From Octopus vulgaris (taxonomy: Eukaryota), in NCBI GenBank assembly GCA_951406725.2, contig OX597819.1, forward strand, positions 9,114,001 through 9,178,000: a DNA stretch of 64,000 bases, read 5' to 3'. Position 1 is the stretch's first letter, and each line of letters begins with the position of its first letter. The notes under the pieces were generated by a model that saw nothing but the letters and a program-made list of their open reading frames with translations, did no database searches and had not been told where the DNA came from. Made by a program: the position numbers and the translations under genes. This document shows positions 56,301 through 64,000 of this stretch, one piece after another.

Positions 56301-56958
56301 TAAGACAAAGCAACAGTTGGGAGATGAACATTACTGGAAGGCGAACAAGCCAAAACATACACGATGGAGGAAGATTAATTGGAGGTAGGTTAATTGTGTA
56401 GACTCTTGTCTTCATCCAAACAAGTTTTGTTTCATAGAATTTGAAAATGTTCATTTCTTTGTAAGACAGGATGAGAATGAAGGGAAGAGAATTAAAGTAG
56501 AATAAACATTTTTGTGGGTGGATGTTCTTAGCAAAGGTTAAGATCAAAAGAATTAAAGAAAAGCAATTAATATAAACTGACAGCGTTGAGTAGAAATAAA
56601 CAAAAAATGATAAATAAATAAGGTGGGGTCTGGCAGGGTTCGGCTGAAGAAAAAAAGGCGGAGTTTGTTTAGGGACTTTGAAAGGGGCGAAAATAATTAA
56701 CAGGTTTAATTAAAATATTGACAATGAATTTAGATAATGAAAGAGAAATATGTTACCTCACTCCGAGCAGCATCATGTGGAAATAAAATACAAGTATGAA
56801 TGAACAAGAAAGGAATCTTAAAGGCAAAAACGGAATGAAAGGAGCCAACCTGGAAGACACATGGCAACTGTTAGGAATCATTGACTTACTTTCTTTGTAC
56901 TAAATGTTGCAGTTTCTGTGAAAAACTTTGGTGTCGGTCTGGGACTTGAAAATGCCAT
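12628..56958 (-). CDS. PKMYT1: Membrane-associated tyrosine/threonine CDK1-inhibitory kinase Myt1 (Wee1 family); whole-gene span, 16 coding exons, ~543 aa
   Basis: Assembled exons give [37 protein letters not shown] and DIFSLG kinase motifs, a post-kinase hydrophobic segment and a C-terminal PRNLL cyclin-binding motif. Exon phases are consistent and sum to 1632 nt. Confidence 0.95.
12698..13157. mobile_element. Penelope-like foldback insertion (~187 bp inverted arms, 28 nt loop)
   Basis: Arms ~12698-12884 and 12913-13100; 13 bp TSD ATTGTTAAATACA (12685-12697, 13158-13170); hammerhead motif. Confidence 0.75.
12820..12864 (-). ncRNA. Minimal hammerhead-like motif in foldback arm
   Basis: GACCA CTGATGAG GTCACA-GGAG-TGTGAC GAAA GAAC TC TGGCC. 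Confidence 0.55.
14570..15050 (-). mobile_element. CR1/L2-like LINE 3' fragment (short tail also at ~58683-58750 +)
   Basis: [12 protein letters not shown] and FKRSLDDY...IPDKP motifs typical of CR1-group ORF2 C-termini. Confidence 0.65.
15200..15423 (-). mobile_element. Helentron/DINE-like non-autonomous element (tentative)
   Basis: Minus-strand start TTATTACCTTCGCCAAGGAAGGAGGTTATGTTTTC followed by GTTT/GTCT microsatellite. Confidence 0.4.
16434..16557 (-). CDS. PKMYT1: PKMYT1 exon 15 (SSSSPKP...IEPRNLLG)
   Basis: EPRNLL RxL motif; TAG acceptor; donor GCAAGT. Confidence 0.87.
16951..17424. mobile_element. Two adjacent piggyBac-type MITEs (16951-17172, 17209-17424); same family at 51214-51430 and partial at 6053-6260
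   Basis: TTAA|CCCTTT ... AAAGGG|TTAA with shared internal sequence. Confidence 0.8.
17668..17888. mobile_element. piggyBac-type MITE, second family (also 37477-37697)
   Basis: TTAA|CCCTTTAG ... CTAAAGGG|TTAA. Confidence 0.8.
18200..18313 (-). CDS. PKMYT1: PKMYT1 exon 14 ([18 protein letters not shown]...[13 protein letters not shown])
   Basis: CAG/GTAAGT boundaries, phases 2/2; contains TP and SP sites. Confidence 0.82.
19360..19756 (-). mobile_element. Non-autonomous Helitron
   Basis: Minus strand A|TC...hairpin CCCGAGCAACGCCAGG...CTAG|T, no TSD; internal ~100 bp tandem duplication. Confidence 0.75.
21652..21790 (-). CDS. PKMYT1: PKMYT1 exon 13 (acidic, [18 protein letters not shown]...QCFR)
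   Basis: Open frame, TAG/GTAATT boundaries, phases 1/2 fit. Confidence 0.82.
21850..22705. mobile_element. Head-to-head pair of tRNA-headed, hammerhead-tailed elements; left arm interrupted by an RTE fragment
   Basis: ~21898-22095 plus 22428-22478 is the reverse complement of 22487-22700; A/B boxes; CTGATGAAGGCTG...CAGCCGAAA motif. Confidence 0.65.
22094..22425 (-). mobile_element. RTE LINE 3' fragment with terminal C2H2-like finger
   Basis: [12 protein letters not shown]...[21 protein letters not shown]. Confidence 0.8.
23760..24057 (+). mobile_element. SINE family D with (GAT)n tail and variable ~50 bp internal tandem units (copies ~15593-15865 -, 23218-23570 -, 30240-30375, 30590-30730, 31150-31610 -, 35484-35855 -, 46292-46535, 49690-50112 -, 63693-63900 -)
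   Basis: GGAAGGGCATCCAGC core, CCGTCCAACCCATGCTAG, (GAT)n end. Confidence 0.85.
26037..26211 (-). CDS. PKMYT1: PKMYT1 exon 12 (membrane-anchor segment [17 protein letters not shown])
   Basis: Hydrophobic stretch at the Myt1 membrane-anchor position; TAG/GTAAGT boundaries. Confidence 0.88.
26412..26842 (+). mobile_element. Solo LTR (Gypsy-like, 431 bp)
   Basis: TGTA...TACA termini, 4 bp TSD ATGG, internal AATAAA near 26719, CpG-rich relative to flanks. Confidence 0.75.
27091..28947 (+). repeat. 350 bp direct duplication (27091-27440 and 28598-28947)
   Basis: Near-identical copies with only a few substitutions. Confidence 0.92.
29719..29760 (-). CDS. PKMYT1: PKMYT1 exon 11 ([14 protein letters not shown])
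   Basis: 42 nt, phase 0/0, TTTTAG/GTAAGT; basic stretch before the membrane segment. Confidence 0.8.
29773..29997. mobile_element. Penelope-like foldback insertion (~75 bp arms)
   Basis: Inverted arms within 29829-30000; 12 bp TSD CTAAAAGTAAGA; homologous to 43430-43581. Confidence 0.7.
31841..32442. repeat. Degenerate (CA/TA)n low-complexity tract
   Basis: Visible purine-pyrimidine dinucleotide alternation. Confidence 0.95.
32746..32849 (-). CDS. PKMYT1: PKMYT1 exon 10 ([35 protein letters not shown])
   Basis: Subdomain XI; TAG/GTATGT boundaries. Confidence 0.94.
32911..33436. mobile_element. Penelope-like insertion with 120 bp inverted arms, a 44 bp direct repeat and a degenerate hammerhead
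   Basis: 32961-33080 is the reverse complement of 33316-33435; direct repeat 32916-32959/33273-33316; 9 bp TSD AGAGTAATA; hammerhead-like 33133-33170 (-). Confidence 0.75.
33911..34357. mobile_element. Tc1/mariner-pogo type MITE
   Basis: TA|CCGTATTTGACGGCATAT ... ATATGCCGTCAAATACGG|TA. Confidence 0.8.
34533..34639 (-). CDS. PKMYT1: PKMYT1 exon 9 ([35 protein letters not shown])
   Basis: Wee1/Myt1 LP.GG..W..LR.G motif; AAG/GTAAGC boundaries. Confidence 0.95.
34870..35235 (+). mobile_element. RTE LINE 3' fragment, same family as 42296-42770
   Basis: Near-identical sequence and tail. Confidence 0.85.
36211..36592 (-). mobile_element. SINE family A
   Basis: Reverse complement of 27-413; TSD GTATTTGACTA. 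Confidence 0.88.
37477..37697. mobile_element. piggyBac-type MITE
   Basis: TTAA|CCCTTTAG ... CTAAAGGG|TTAA; inverted relative of 17668-17888. Confidence 0.8.
37800..37894 (-). CDS. PKMYT1: PKMYT1 exon 8 ([32 protein letters not shown])
   Basis: Wee1-family EGD motif and APE; CAG/GTGAAT boundaries. Confidence 0.96.
38117..38239 (-). CDS. PKMYT1: PKMYT1 exon 7 ([41 protein letters not shown])
   Basis: Catalytic loop and DFG; TAG/GTATGT boundaries. Confidence 0.96.
38601..38834. repeat. Inverted repeat, ~62 bp arms, flanked by (TA)n
   Basis: AACTAAAAATAAGGGTGTCTGAGAGACACC... versus ...GGTGTCTCTCAGACACCCTTATTTTTAGTT. Confidence 0.8.
39170..39880 (+). mobile_element. Degenerate RTE LINE 3' fragment
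   Basis: RYKDKLK.NLK, WE..A.DR, and [21 protein letters not shown] finger. Confidence 0.7.
40924..40999 (-). CDS. PKMYT1: PKMYT1 exon 6 ([26 protein letters not shown])
   Basis: TAG/GTAAGA boundaries; phase fits neighbours. Confidence 0.93.
41573..41952 (+). mobile_element. SINE family A
   Basis: Full-length; 12 bp TSD AGTTGCTCTTCA. Confidence 0.88.
42296..42770 (+). mobile_element. RTE LINE 3' fragment
   Basis: [23 protein letters not shown] motifs; (TGA)n tail. Confidence 0.85.
43074..43199 (-). CDS. PKMYT1: PKMYT1 exon 5 ([41 protein letters not shown])
   Basis: Subdomains III-V; CAG/GTAAGC boundaries. Confidence 0.95.
43250..43581 (+). mobile_element. Penelope-like terminal-repeat fragment with hammerhead
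   Basis: 12 bp TSD ATTCTTGAACTG (43238-43249, 43582-43593); contains the 43311-43355 motif. Confidence 0.72.
43311..43355 (+). ncRNA. Minimal type I hammerhead ribozyme motif (U4C core variant)
   Basis: Stem I TCTAGG/CCTAGA, core CCGACGA, stem II AGGA/TCCT, GAAAC-ACGT-GTC with palindromic stem III. Confidence 0.7.
43647..44030 (-). mobile_element. Helitron-like 3' fragment
   Basis: Minus-strand end CCCGGGCAACGCTGCTAG|T, similar to the 19360 element. Confidence 0.55.
45100..45182 (-). CDS. PKMYT1: PKMYT1 exon 4 ([28 protein letters not shown])
   Basis: Kinase subdomain II lysine; CAG acceptor, GTAAGT donor. Confidence 0.95.
45400..47512 (+). mobile_element. Degenerate RTE-clade LINE (RT pseudogene), interrupted by a family D SINE
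   Basis: [41 protein letters not shown]; frameshifts and stops. Confidence 0.85.
47635..47726 (-). CDS. PKMYT1: PKMYT1 exon 3 ([30 protein letters not shown])
   Basis: Glycine-rich loop; AC acceptor in frame with exon 2; GT donor. Confidence 0.9.
47727..49213 (-). other. U12-type (minor spliceosome) AT-AC intron, PKMYT1 intron 2
   Basis: 5' ATATCCTTT; branch-like TTCCTTATC at 47749-47741; terminal AC; in-frame junction A+TG. Confidence 0.8.
48452..48835 (+). mobile_element. SINE family A, inside the U12 intron
   Basis: Near-identical to 27-413. Confidence 0.88.
49214..49343 (-). CDS. PKMYT1: PKMYT1 exon 2 ([25 protein letters not shown]...VSFHKTNN)
   Basis: CAG acceptor; Myt1-like LPP.PP.K..P.SR.F motif; ends at a U12-type donor ATATCCTTT. 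Confidence 0.88.
51214..51430. mobile_element. piggyBac-type MITE
   Basis: TTAA|CCCTTTTGTTAC ... GTAACGAAAGGG|TTAA. Confidence 0.8.
51792..52083. mobile_element. hAT/Charlie-like MITE (degenerate)
   Basis: CAGTGCTTCTCAAA ... TTTGAGTAGCATT termini; left flank CTCTAGAC. Confidence 0.5.
56890..56958 (-). CDS. PKMYT1: PKMYT1 exon 1 ([23 protein letters not shown])
   Basis: ATG at 56958, 23 codons, donor GTAAGT phase 0; resembles the Myt1 N-terminal PxP..F..F S.K motif. Confidence 0.85.
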
Positions 56959-57068
56959 TTAAGTAACAGTAGTTAATCAAAATAAATGAAGAGGAAGATA
57001 GATATTTCTATGCGTTTTTTTGGCAACTTGTTGGTGAAGATCTTTCCACAACAAGTTCTCACGACTTC

Positions 57069-57116
57069 TTCGAATTCGCGCTAATTTTTGTTTTCAGAAA
57101 GCTGCGCGCTGATTGG
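57069..57116 (-). promoter_or_regulatory. Candidate cell-cycle promoter module of PKMYT1: CCAAT box + E2F/CDE-like + CHR-like
   Basis: Minus strand reads CCAATCAG...TTAGCGCGAA TTCGAA, 110-160 bp upstream of the ATG. Confidence 0.5.
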
Positions 57117-57600
57117 TCAATAATTCTTATGGCTGTTGCTGACGGATTTGTCAAATTTTAAAGAATTTATACTTAAATTGAATAAATCGTAGCTCTCACA
57201 CTCTAAACAATTTATTCTTCTAACAATATTACAACGCACGAATGCATAATTTCTATCATCGTAATAGTTTTAATTGCCTCCTACAGTATTTACGAAGTGA
57301 TATTTTCAATCTAGCTTCGCATTCAAATTGACAAATGGAAACACGCGTTAGAAACGACGGTTGGTCCATTAATACTCGGGGCATTTAATTCGTTTAAATG
57401 GATTGACGGCGTTTGTTTGTTTATTTCCTAGTTTTTAAACAAAGGTACTTTTGGTTTTTTTTTAGTCAACCGATTTTTTTTAAAATTATAAATGGGGGCG
57501 ATCCTTCGGTATAAGTACACACGTGACTTTGTTTACATTTCTGAAGATAACAGAAACCCTTTTCTCCCACCCCTAACACAAACACTCATCCTAAACATAA

Positions 57601-57893
57601 CCCTAACCCCCCATATATAAAAAAAAGCCCCACTTTTTTTTAATGTATCCAGTACTTCTAACACAAACCCTAATCCTAATCCCCTATATATAAAAAAACC
57701 CCACTTTTTTAAAATGTATCCAGTACTTCTAACACAAACCCTAATCCTAATCCCCTATATATAAAAAAAGCCCCACTTTTTTTAAATGTATCCAGTACTT
57801 CTAACACAAACCCTAATCCTAATCCTAATCCTAATCCCCCATATATAAAAAAACAACACTTTTTTGAAATGTATCCAGTACTTCCGGAAGTAC
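57601..57893. repeat. Minisatellite, four units of ~70 bp with CCCTAA/TCCTAA motifs
   Basis: Repeated (ccctaatcctaatcccc tatatataaaaaa ccccacttttt aatgtatccagtacttctaacacaaa). Confidence 0.9.
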
Positions 57894-59047
57894 ACCGGTA
57901 CTTGTACCGTAACATCGCCTAAATGGGTTATTCATGTGTTTTAAGGTATACACAATAGCTAAATTATATTTTTCAAGTTTAATCAATATTTGTTTTTTTT
58001 CTTTTATTTTGTTCCATTTGAAATAGTGACACAAGTTGACCTTGTCGGGTGGGGATGGAATAAAAGCGACAGGTTTTTTCCTCTGCAAACCTATACTTTA
58101 CTGCTACTCTAAAATAGTTATTTGGTACTGTTGACAAAGTTGAAAGATTACCAAAATACCAATAATTTTCCAGTCTCATTCAACACGTTGTATGTTATGG
58201 GGAGATCAGTCACCTTTAATTTAATTTCTACCTTAACTTCTTCCGCTTCTATTTTATTCCCAGAACTTTAATAATTATTATGAAGAATTTATTGTATACA
58301 GTGCTCAGGTGTACTACAACTCATCAGAAAAGGTAGCCGAAAGTGCATGTACAGTACATAGAATGCACAAAAAGTGAACAATGAATACGTCCTTAAAAAA
58401 ATGAGGGAGGAACACCAGGTATATTCAACATAAAATTAGTAACTGTAATTAACTAAAACTCGTTCGAGTATAAAAATTTTATATATACTTAGAATATATA
58501 TATATACATAGTGGGGGTTGTTTCAATGGAAGAGACGATTTTCTTCCAATAATAATATTAATAAAGATAGATAAATACATCTTTAAAATCAAGCTTTTAT
58601 AATCTTTTTTTTATATATATGTATTTATATATATATATTTTATATATATGTATTTATCTTTTTTTTATATATATGTATTTATCAGGTGGTGCTATTAAGT
58701 TAGACATGGCCTGGACCAATCTTTGGTCGAAACATATCTAAGTTTATCTAAGTTTTATCAAATTTTGAACGAACATTTTAGGAAATAAGATTGAAAAGTT
58801 AACAACTAGCAACAAGATGCACAGCCTAATTTATCACCACCACTAATTACTCTTTCGTTTTTGTGTGTGAATAAATATATATATTGGCTTTGGAAACGTG
58901 ACAGTCTGCTTGCATTACCAACAAAGAAATAGAGTCACTGTTTGTAAATACTTTCTCATACTCTTTTAAGTTAACCTTTTTTTTTTCTTTTACTTCCTAA
59001 CTTTTTTCCACGCAACTTTTATTGTCCTACGTCATAATTAGACTTAT

Positions 59048-59059
59048 AGTGACGTCACT
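59048..59059. promoter_or_regulatory. CRE/ATF palindrome AGTGACGTCACT upstream of OGFOD2
   Basis: Perfect TGACGTCA core ~145 bp before the ATG, with a half-site ACGTCA just upstream. Confidence 0.45.
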
Positions 59060-59198
59060 GATCACTTATCAGTTATTTATTTATTATTCCTGCAAACTTG
59101 GCGCTTTATAGGCGTGTATAATTTTTTTCTTTAATCAGTTATTATTTTTCATGATGTTTTCCAAACAAAACTATTAATCAGTTATTTCGAATTTAATT

Positions 59199-60233
59199 AT
59201 GTTTTACAATTGTGCATGCTTCTACAGCCGTAACATATTTCTAAGAAAATATGGGTTGCACATTACTTACAAAGATGAATGTTCATTTAAAACCCTTTAC
59301 GGCGAAACTCTGCGACAAAAGGGTTGCAAGTCTAATGAACAATTTGAAGCAATATTTAAAGAGATAAAAGATGAAATACAGAGAAGGCGTGATATATGTA
59401 AAAGTGCTTTATATCGACGTGAACTGATCGCATCCAGGTACAGACCATTGCATCCAAGTATTTATTTGCTGAAAGAATCATTTTTGGATCCTAAATTCTT
59501 GCATTTGGTTTACTTATGCAAGAACGCAGGAATGAATGAGGATGTTAAAAAATCTATCACTGTACATAAATCGTTTCGTCTCTATGCATTTCCTATTTTT
59601 ACGCAAGAGTTTTGCGACATGCTCATCGAAGAACTGGAACATTTTGAAAGAAGTGATTTACCCAAAGGCCGACCAAATACAATGAGTAATAACGGTTGCC
59701 TGCTCGAAGAATTAGGTTTTGATAAGGAGTTCCTAGAGCCTCTAAGAATGAATTATATATCATGGATTACACGATTCTTGTTTCCCGATTTCGGAGGTGG
59801 TAGCCTTGATTCTCATAGAGTTTTTACTGTGAAGTATTCAATGGGGCAAGATAGAAACCTTGGTGCTCATTATGACAATGCTGAAATAACACTGAATGTC
59901 TGCCTTGGTAAAGATTTTAGTGCGGGTGGCTTGAACTTCCGCGGACTTAACACAGAAATGTATGAAACGTCAACTTATCATTATCCTAACTCGCCGAGAT
60001 ACGGAATCCTTCATCGAGGTCGCCAGATGCACGAAGCACTTCCTATTGAATCTGGAACCCGACATAATATGGTTATGTGGATGAGATCGTCATCAGTGAG
60101 GAATCACCTGTGCCCGATGTGTCTTAGTGTCCCCCAGTTGGAAAAAGATACGACTGGAGGCTACGGTCAAGGCTTCACGATGCGTGAGGAAAGACAGGAC
60201 AATCCACGTTTTGTTGATGTTTGCGTTGTATAA
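59199..60233 (+). CDS. OGFOD2: 2-oxoglutarate and Fe(II)-dependent oxygenase domain-containing protein 2 (single-exon CDS, 344 aa)
   Basis: N-terminal C.CF...N.F...YGLH, GRPNTM motif, HYD (HxD) iron motif, distal H (MHEA), 2OG-binding R (GTRHNMVMW), C-terminal CPMC; AATAAA at 60294. Confidence 0.9.
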   Translation: MFYNCACFYSRNIFLRKYGLHITYKDECSFKTLYGETLRQKGCKSNEQFEAIFKEIKDEIQRRRDICKSALYRRELIASRYRPLHPSIYLLKESFLDPKFLHLVYLCKNAGMNEDVKKSITVHKSFRLYAFPIFTQEFCDMLIEELEHFERSDLPKGRPNTMSNNGCLLEELGFDKEFLEPLRMNYISWITRFLFPDFGGGSLDSHRVFTVKYSMGQDRNLGAHYDNAEITLNVCLGKDFSAGGLNFRGLNTEMYETSTYHYPNSPRYGILHRGRQMHEALPIESGTRHNMVMWMRSSSVRNHLCPMCLSVPQLEKDTTGGYGQGFTMREERQDNPRFVDVCVV

Positions 60234-61039
60234 ACCGTAACCTGTTGGGTATTATCAGTTTTATTTTTCATTATTGCATTCAAATTTAAATCTAATAAAA
60301 TATGAAAATTTTATTTCAAGTAAACAAAATGAGCTGTTTTCACTTTTTCCCTACTTTTCTACTCAATTTCAATTCCTATTTTAACTTATTTTGATCTCAA
60401 ATGTTGTTTTTCTGTTAATTTGAAATTTCTCCAAGAAATTATTGCGATATTTCCACAAACTTTATATTAAAGATTTTAATTTTGTGTGATTTTAATTTTT
60501 TTCTTTATATAAAAGTTAATATCTCTTTGTTTTTCTTAATCTCCCTTTGAAAATAAAAAAGTTTTATCGTTTTCCATTTTACAGAATATTCTTAATGTTT
60601 CCTTTATAGTTGTCACTAGCAACATAATTCAGCAGCAATAGTGTTTATTTTGTGGTCTTGAGATGTGCTAGAAATAACAGCTAAATCGCCCTTAAATTAC
60701 ACGATTTTTTTTTTTTTTTTTTTTGTATATTTATATGAATTCCCGTGAGTAGAAAACAATTTCGCTAATATTCTTCCGAAAATTCCAAAAAACAAAAAAG
60801 TTATGAGTGGTTATTTGGGGTGCTTAAACCTAAATTCTACCGTTTTTATTTTTATAGCGTTGGATATGTTTGGCTATATATCCACTTCAGTGGATTCTTC
60901 ACATCACCTCAAATTTGGGTGAAGGTGTAGTTGGCTATTTCAGTCCAATATATGACATTTTATTTTATCAACCTTGGAAATAAAGCTGAATTTGGCAAAC
61001 CTTACACTACTTCCTTCCTTCAGGAATTCTCTATATGTG

Positions 61040-61042
61040 CAT

Positions 61043-61075
<33 letters not shown>

Positions 61076-61180
61076 ATATTGCATATATAGTATATAAATA
61101 TATTTATATATATTTATATATATATATATATATATATGAATATATATGTATATAAATATTTTATATAGAAATATAGTATA

Positions 61181-61247
<67 letters not shown>

Positions 61248-61309
61248 AATATATTTATATATGTATATATATATATATATATATTATATAATATATATAT
61301 ATATATATT

Positions 61310-61378
<69 letters not shown>

Positions 61379-61539
61379 TCATATATCGTGTTTAACGTCC
61401 GTATAAATGCTATATATATATATTTATATATTATATATTTATATATGTATATATGTCTAATCTGCATATATTTTATATATAAATTATAAGCCATATATAT
61501 ATGTAATATATATATATATATATGTATAATATATATATA

Positions 61540-61574
<35 letters not shown>

Positions 61575-61602
61575 AAATATATATATATATATATATGTAT
61601 AA

Positions 61603-61647
<45 letters not shown>

Positions 61648-61689
61648 TATATATATTATATTTATATATATATTTATTATATATATATA

Positions 61690-61770
<81 letters not shown>
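61040..61770. repeat. Long degenerate (TA)n tract
   Basis: Visible; similar shorter tracts at 1286-1336, 1606-1643, 1768-1825 and 2128-2231. Confidence 0.95.
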
Positions 61771-61773
<3 letters not shown>

Positions 61774-63690
61774 ACAGTAGACACAGCCCTTAGGGCAAAG
61801 AAACAGGCCTGGAGGGATGGGGGTAGCAGGGAACTGTACCAGGTAGCCAAAAGGGAGGCTGGGTGGCTGGTATACCTAGCCATGGGTGAAGCAGAAAAGA
61901 AGAAGTTTGCCAATGTCCAGTGACGCGAGGAGCAAAGAACTGAGGTATTTCGGATTGCTAGACAGTGTGTGAGAGAAAATAGTGATGTCACAGGAGAGAA
62001 ATGCGTCTGCATGGATGATGGTGCACTTGCTTTCAATGTTTCTGAAAAGAAAGAGGCTTGGAGAAGCCATTATGAGAGACTGCTGAATGTGGAGAATGAA
62101 TGGGAAGAGGAGAACCTGCCAAATGTTGACCCAGTAGAGGAACCAGCTATCCGAATAGACAGCTCCCTAGTAGTTAAAGCAATTAAGGGTACAGCCCATC
62201 AGGAATCACTGCTGAGATGTTTAAAACATCTGGTGGTGTGGGCTATGGCCTAGTCACCCGCATTGTAAACCAGGTAGTTCATAATACAGTCATACCCAAT
62301 GACTGGCGTAGCAGCACCATAGTCAACTGCTACAAGGGTAAAGGTGATGCTCTAGATAGAAATAACTACAGGGGTATTAAACTGTTGGATCAGGTGATGG
62401 TCACAGAGAGGGTCATAGCCCATCTCATTAGGGAGAGAGTTTGCTTAGATGAGATGCAGTTCGGTTTTGTGCTGGGTAGAAGCACCACTGATGCCATATT
62501 CCTGGTTCAACAACTGCAGGAGAAATACCTAGCTAAAGATAAACTCCTCTACATAGCTTTCGTAGACTATGAGAAAGCCTTTGACAGGGTCCCCCATCCC
62601 TTATCTGGTGGGTGATGCAGAAACTGGAGATTGACGAATGGTTAATAAGGGCTGTACAGGCCCTATACAGAGAGGCTGTCAGCAAGGTTAGGATTGGCAA
62701 TGTGTATAGTGAAGAATTCCAGGTAGAAGTAGGGGTCATCAAGGTTCAGCCCTCAATCCCCTTTTATTCATCATAGTCCTCCAGGCAATAACAGAGGAAT
62801 TCAAAATGGGTTGCCCCTGGGAGCTCCTCTATGCTGATGACCTGGCCCTCATAGCAGAATCACTACCGGAACTAGAAAAGAAATTTCAGGTGTGGAAGCT
62901 AGGTTTAGAATCAAAGGGCCTTAGAGTCAATGTAGCAAAGACCAAAGTCCTTGTATGTAGGAAGGCAAACACACCACACACCCCTTCAGGTAGGTGGCCC
63001 TGCTCGATCTGTAGAAAAGGTGTAGGTAGAAACTCCATAAGATGTACCCAGTGTAAGCTATGGACGCATAAGAGGTGCAGCAACATCAAAGGAAAATTAA
63101 CCGAGAAGATAGCTTTCATGTGATGCACAGGGCAATAGACACCACAGATACTCAGAAAACAGATTCCATCACACTCCAGGGGGAGAAACTAGAAGTAGTT
63201 GATAGTTTCCGCTACCTAGGTGACCAAGTTAGTAGTGGGGGTGGATGTTCAAAGAGTGTTACTACTAGAATAAGAATAGCCTGGGCAAAGTTCAGAAAGC
63301 TCCTACCCCTACTGGTGACAAAGGGTCTCTCGCTCAGAGTGAAAGGTAGATTGTACGACACGTGTGCGAACTGCCATGCTTCACAGCAGTGAAACATGGG
63401 CTGTGACTGCTGAGGACATACGTAGGCCTGAAAGAAATGAAGCTAGTATGCTCTGCTGGATGTGTAATGTCAGTGTGCACACACAACAGAGTGTAAGTGC
63501 CCTGAGAGAAATGTTGGACATAAGAAGCATTGGATGTGGCGTGCAAGAGAGACGCTTGCATTGGTATGGTCATGTACTGCGGATGGATGAGGAGAGATGT
63601 GTGAAGAAGTGCCACTCCCAAACAGTTGAAGGAATCCGGGGTAGAGGTAGACCCAGGAAGACAGCCTGTTGTGTAACTAGCTGAGTACCC
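61770..63690 (+). mobile_element. Degenerate RTE-clade LINE (RT pseudogene)
   Basis: [36 protein letters not shown]; multiple frameshifts. Confidence 0.9.
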
Positions 63691-64000
63691 CTTCATCATC
63701 ATCATCATTTAATGTTTGCTTTCCATGCTGGCATGGGTTAGACGGTTTGATTGGAACAGGTAAGCCAGAGAGCTGCGCCAGGTTCCAGTCTGATCTGGCA
63801 TGGTTTCTACGGCTGGATGCTGCCCTTCCTAAAGCCAACCACTCCAAGAGTGTCATGGGTGGATTTTACATGCCACTGGCACGGGTGTCATTTACATGAC
63901 ACCAGCTGTGGCCATAACTACAATTTCATGGGTGTCATTTACATGACACTGGTAACGGTCATGACTATGATTTCTCGAGTCAAGCCCAGCATATCGCCTA

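Overview
AT-rich, repeat-dense eukaryotic genomic DNA. The SINE/RTE repertoire and (TA)n/(CA)n load suggest a coleoid cephalopod, most likely Octopus (inference). Two genes lie head-to-head. (1) A 16-coding-exon PKMYT1/Myt1 membrane-associated CDK1-inhibitory kinase on the minus strand (CDS 56958 to 12628, 1632 nt, 543 aa by my manual exon assembly, all phases compatible). The model needs one AT-AC U12-type intron (47727-49213) and one GC-AG intron (12661-16433). (2) An intronless OGFOD2-like 2OG-Fe(II) oxygenase on the plus strand (59199-60233). Introns and flanks hold several SINE families, RTE and CR1/L2-like LINE fragments, TTAA piggyBac-type MITEs, a Tc1/pogo MITE, Helitron-type elements and a solo LTR. 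The most unusual signal is a set of short Penelope/retrozyme-like insertions, most of them foldback and most carrying minimal hammerhead-ribozyme motifs, that sit 12-61 nt from 3' splice sites of PKMYT1 exons. Most ORFs in the supplied track are spurious translations of repeats. All calls are by eye, with no database searches.
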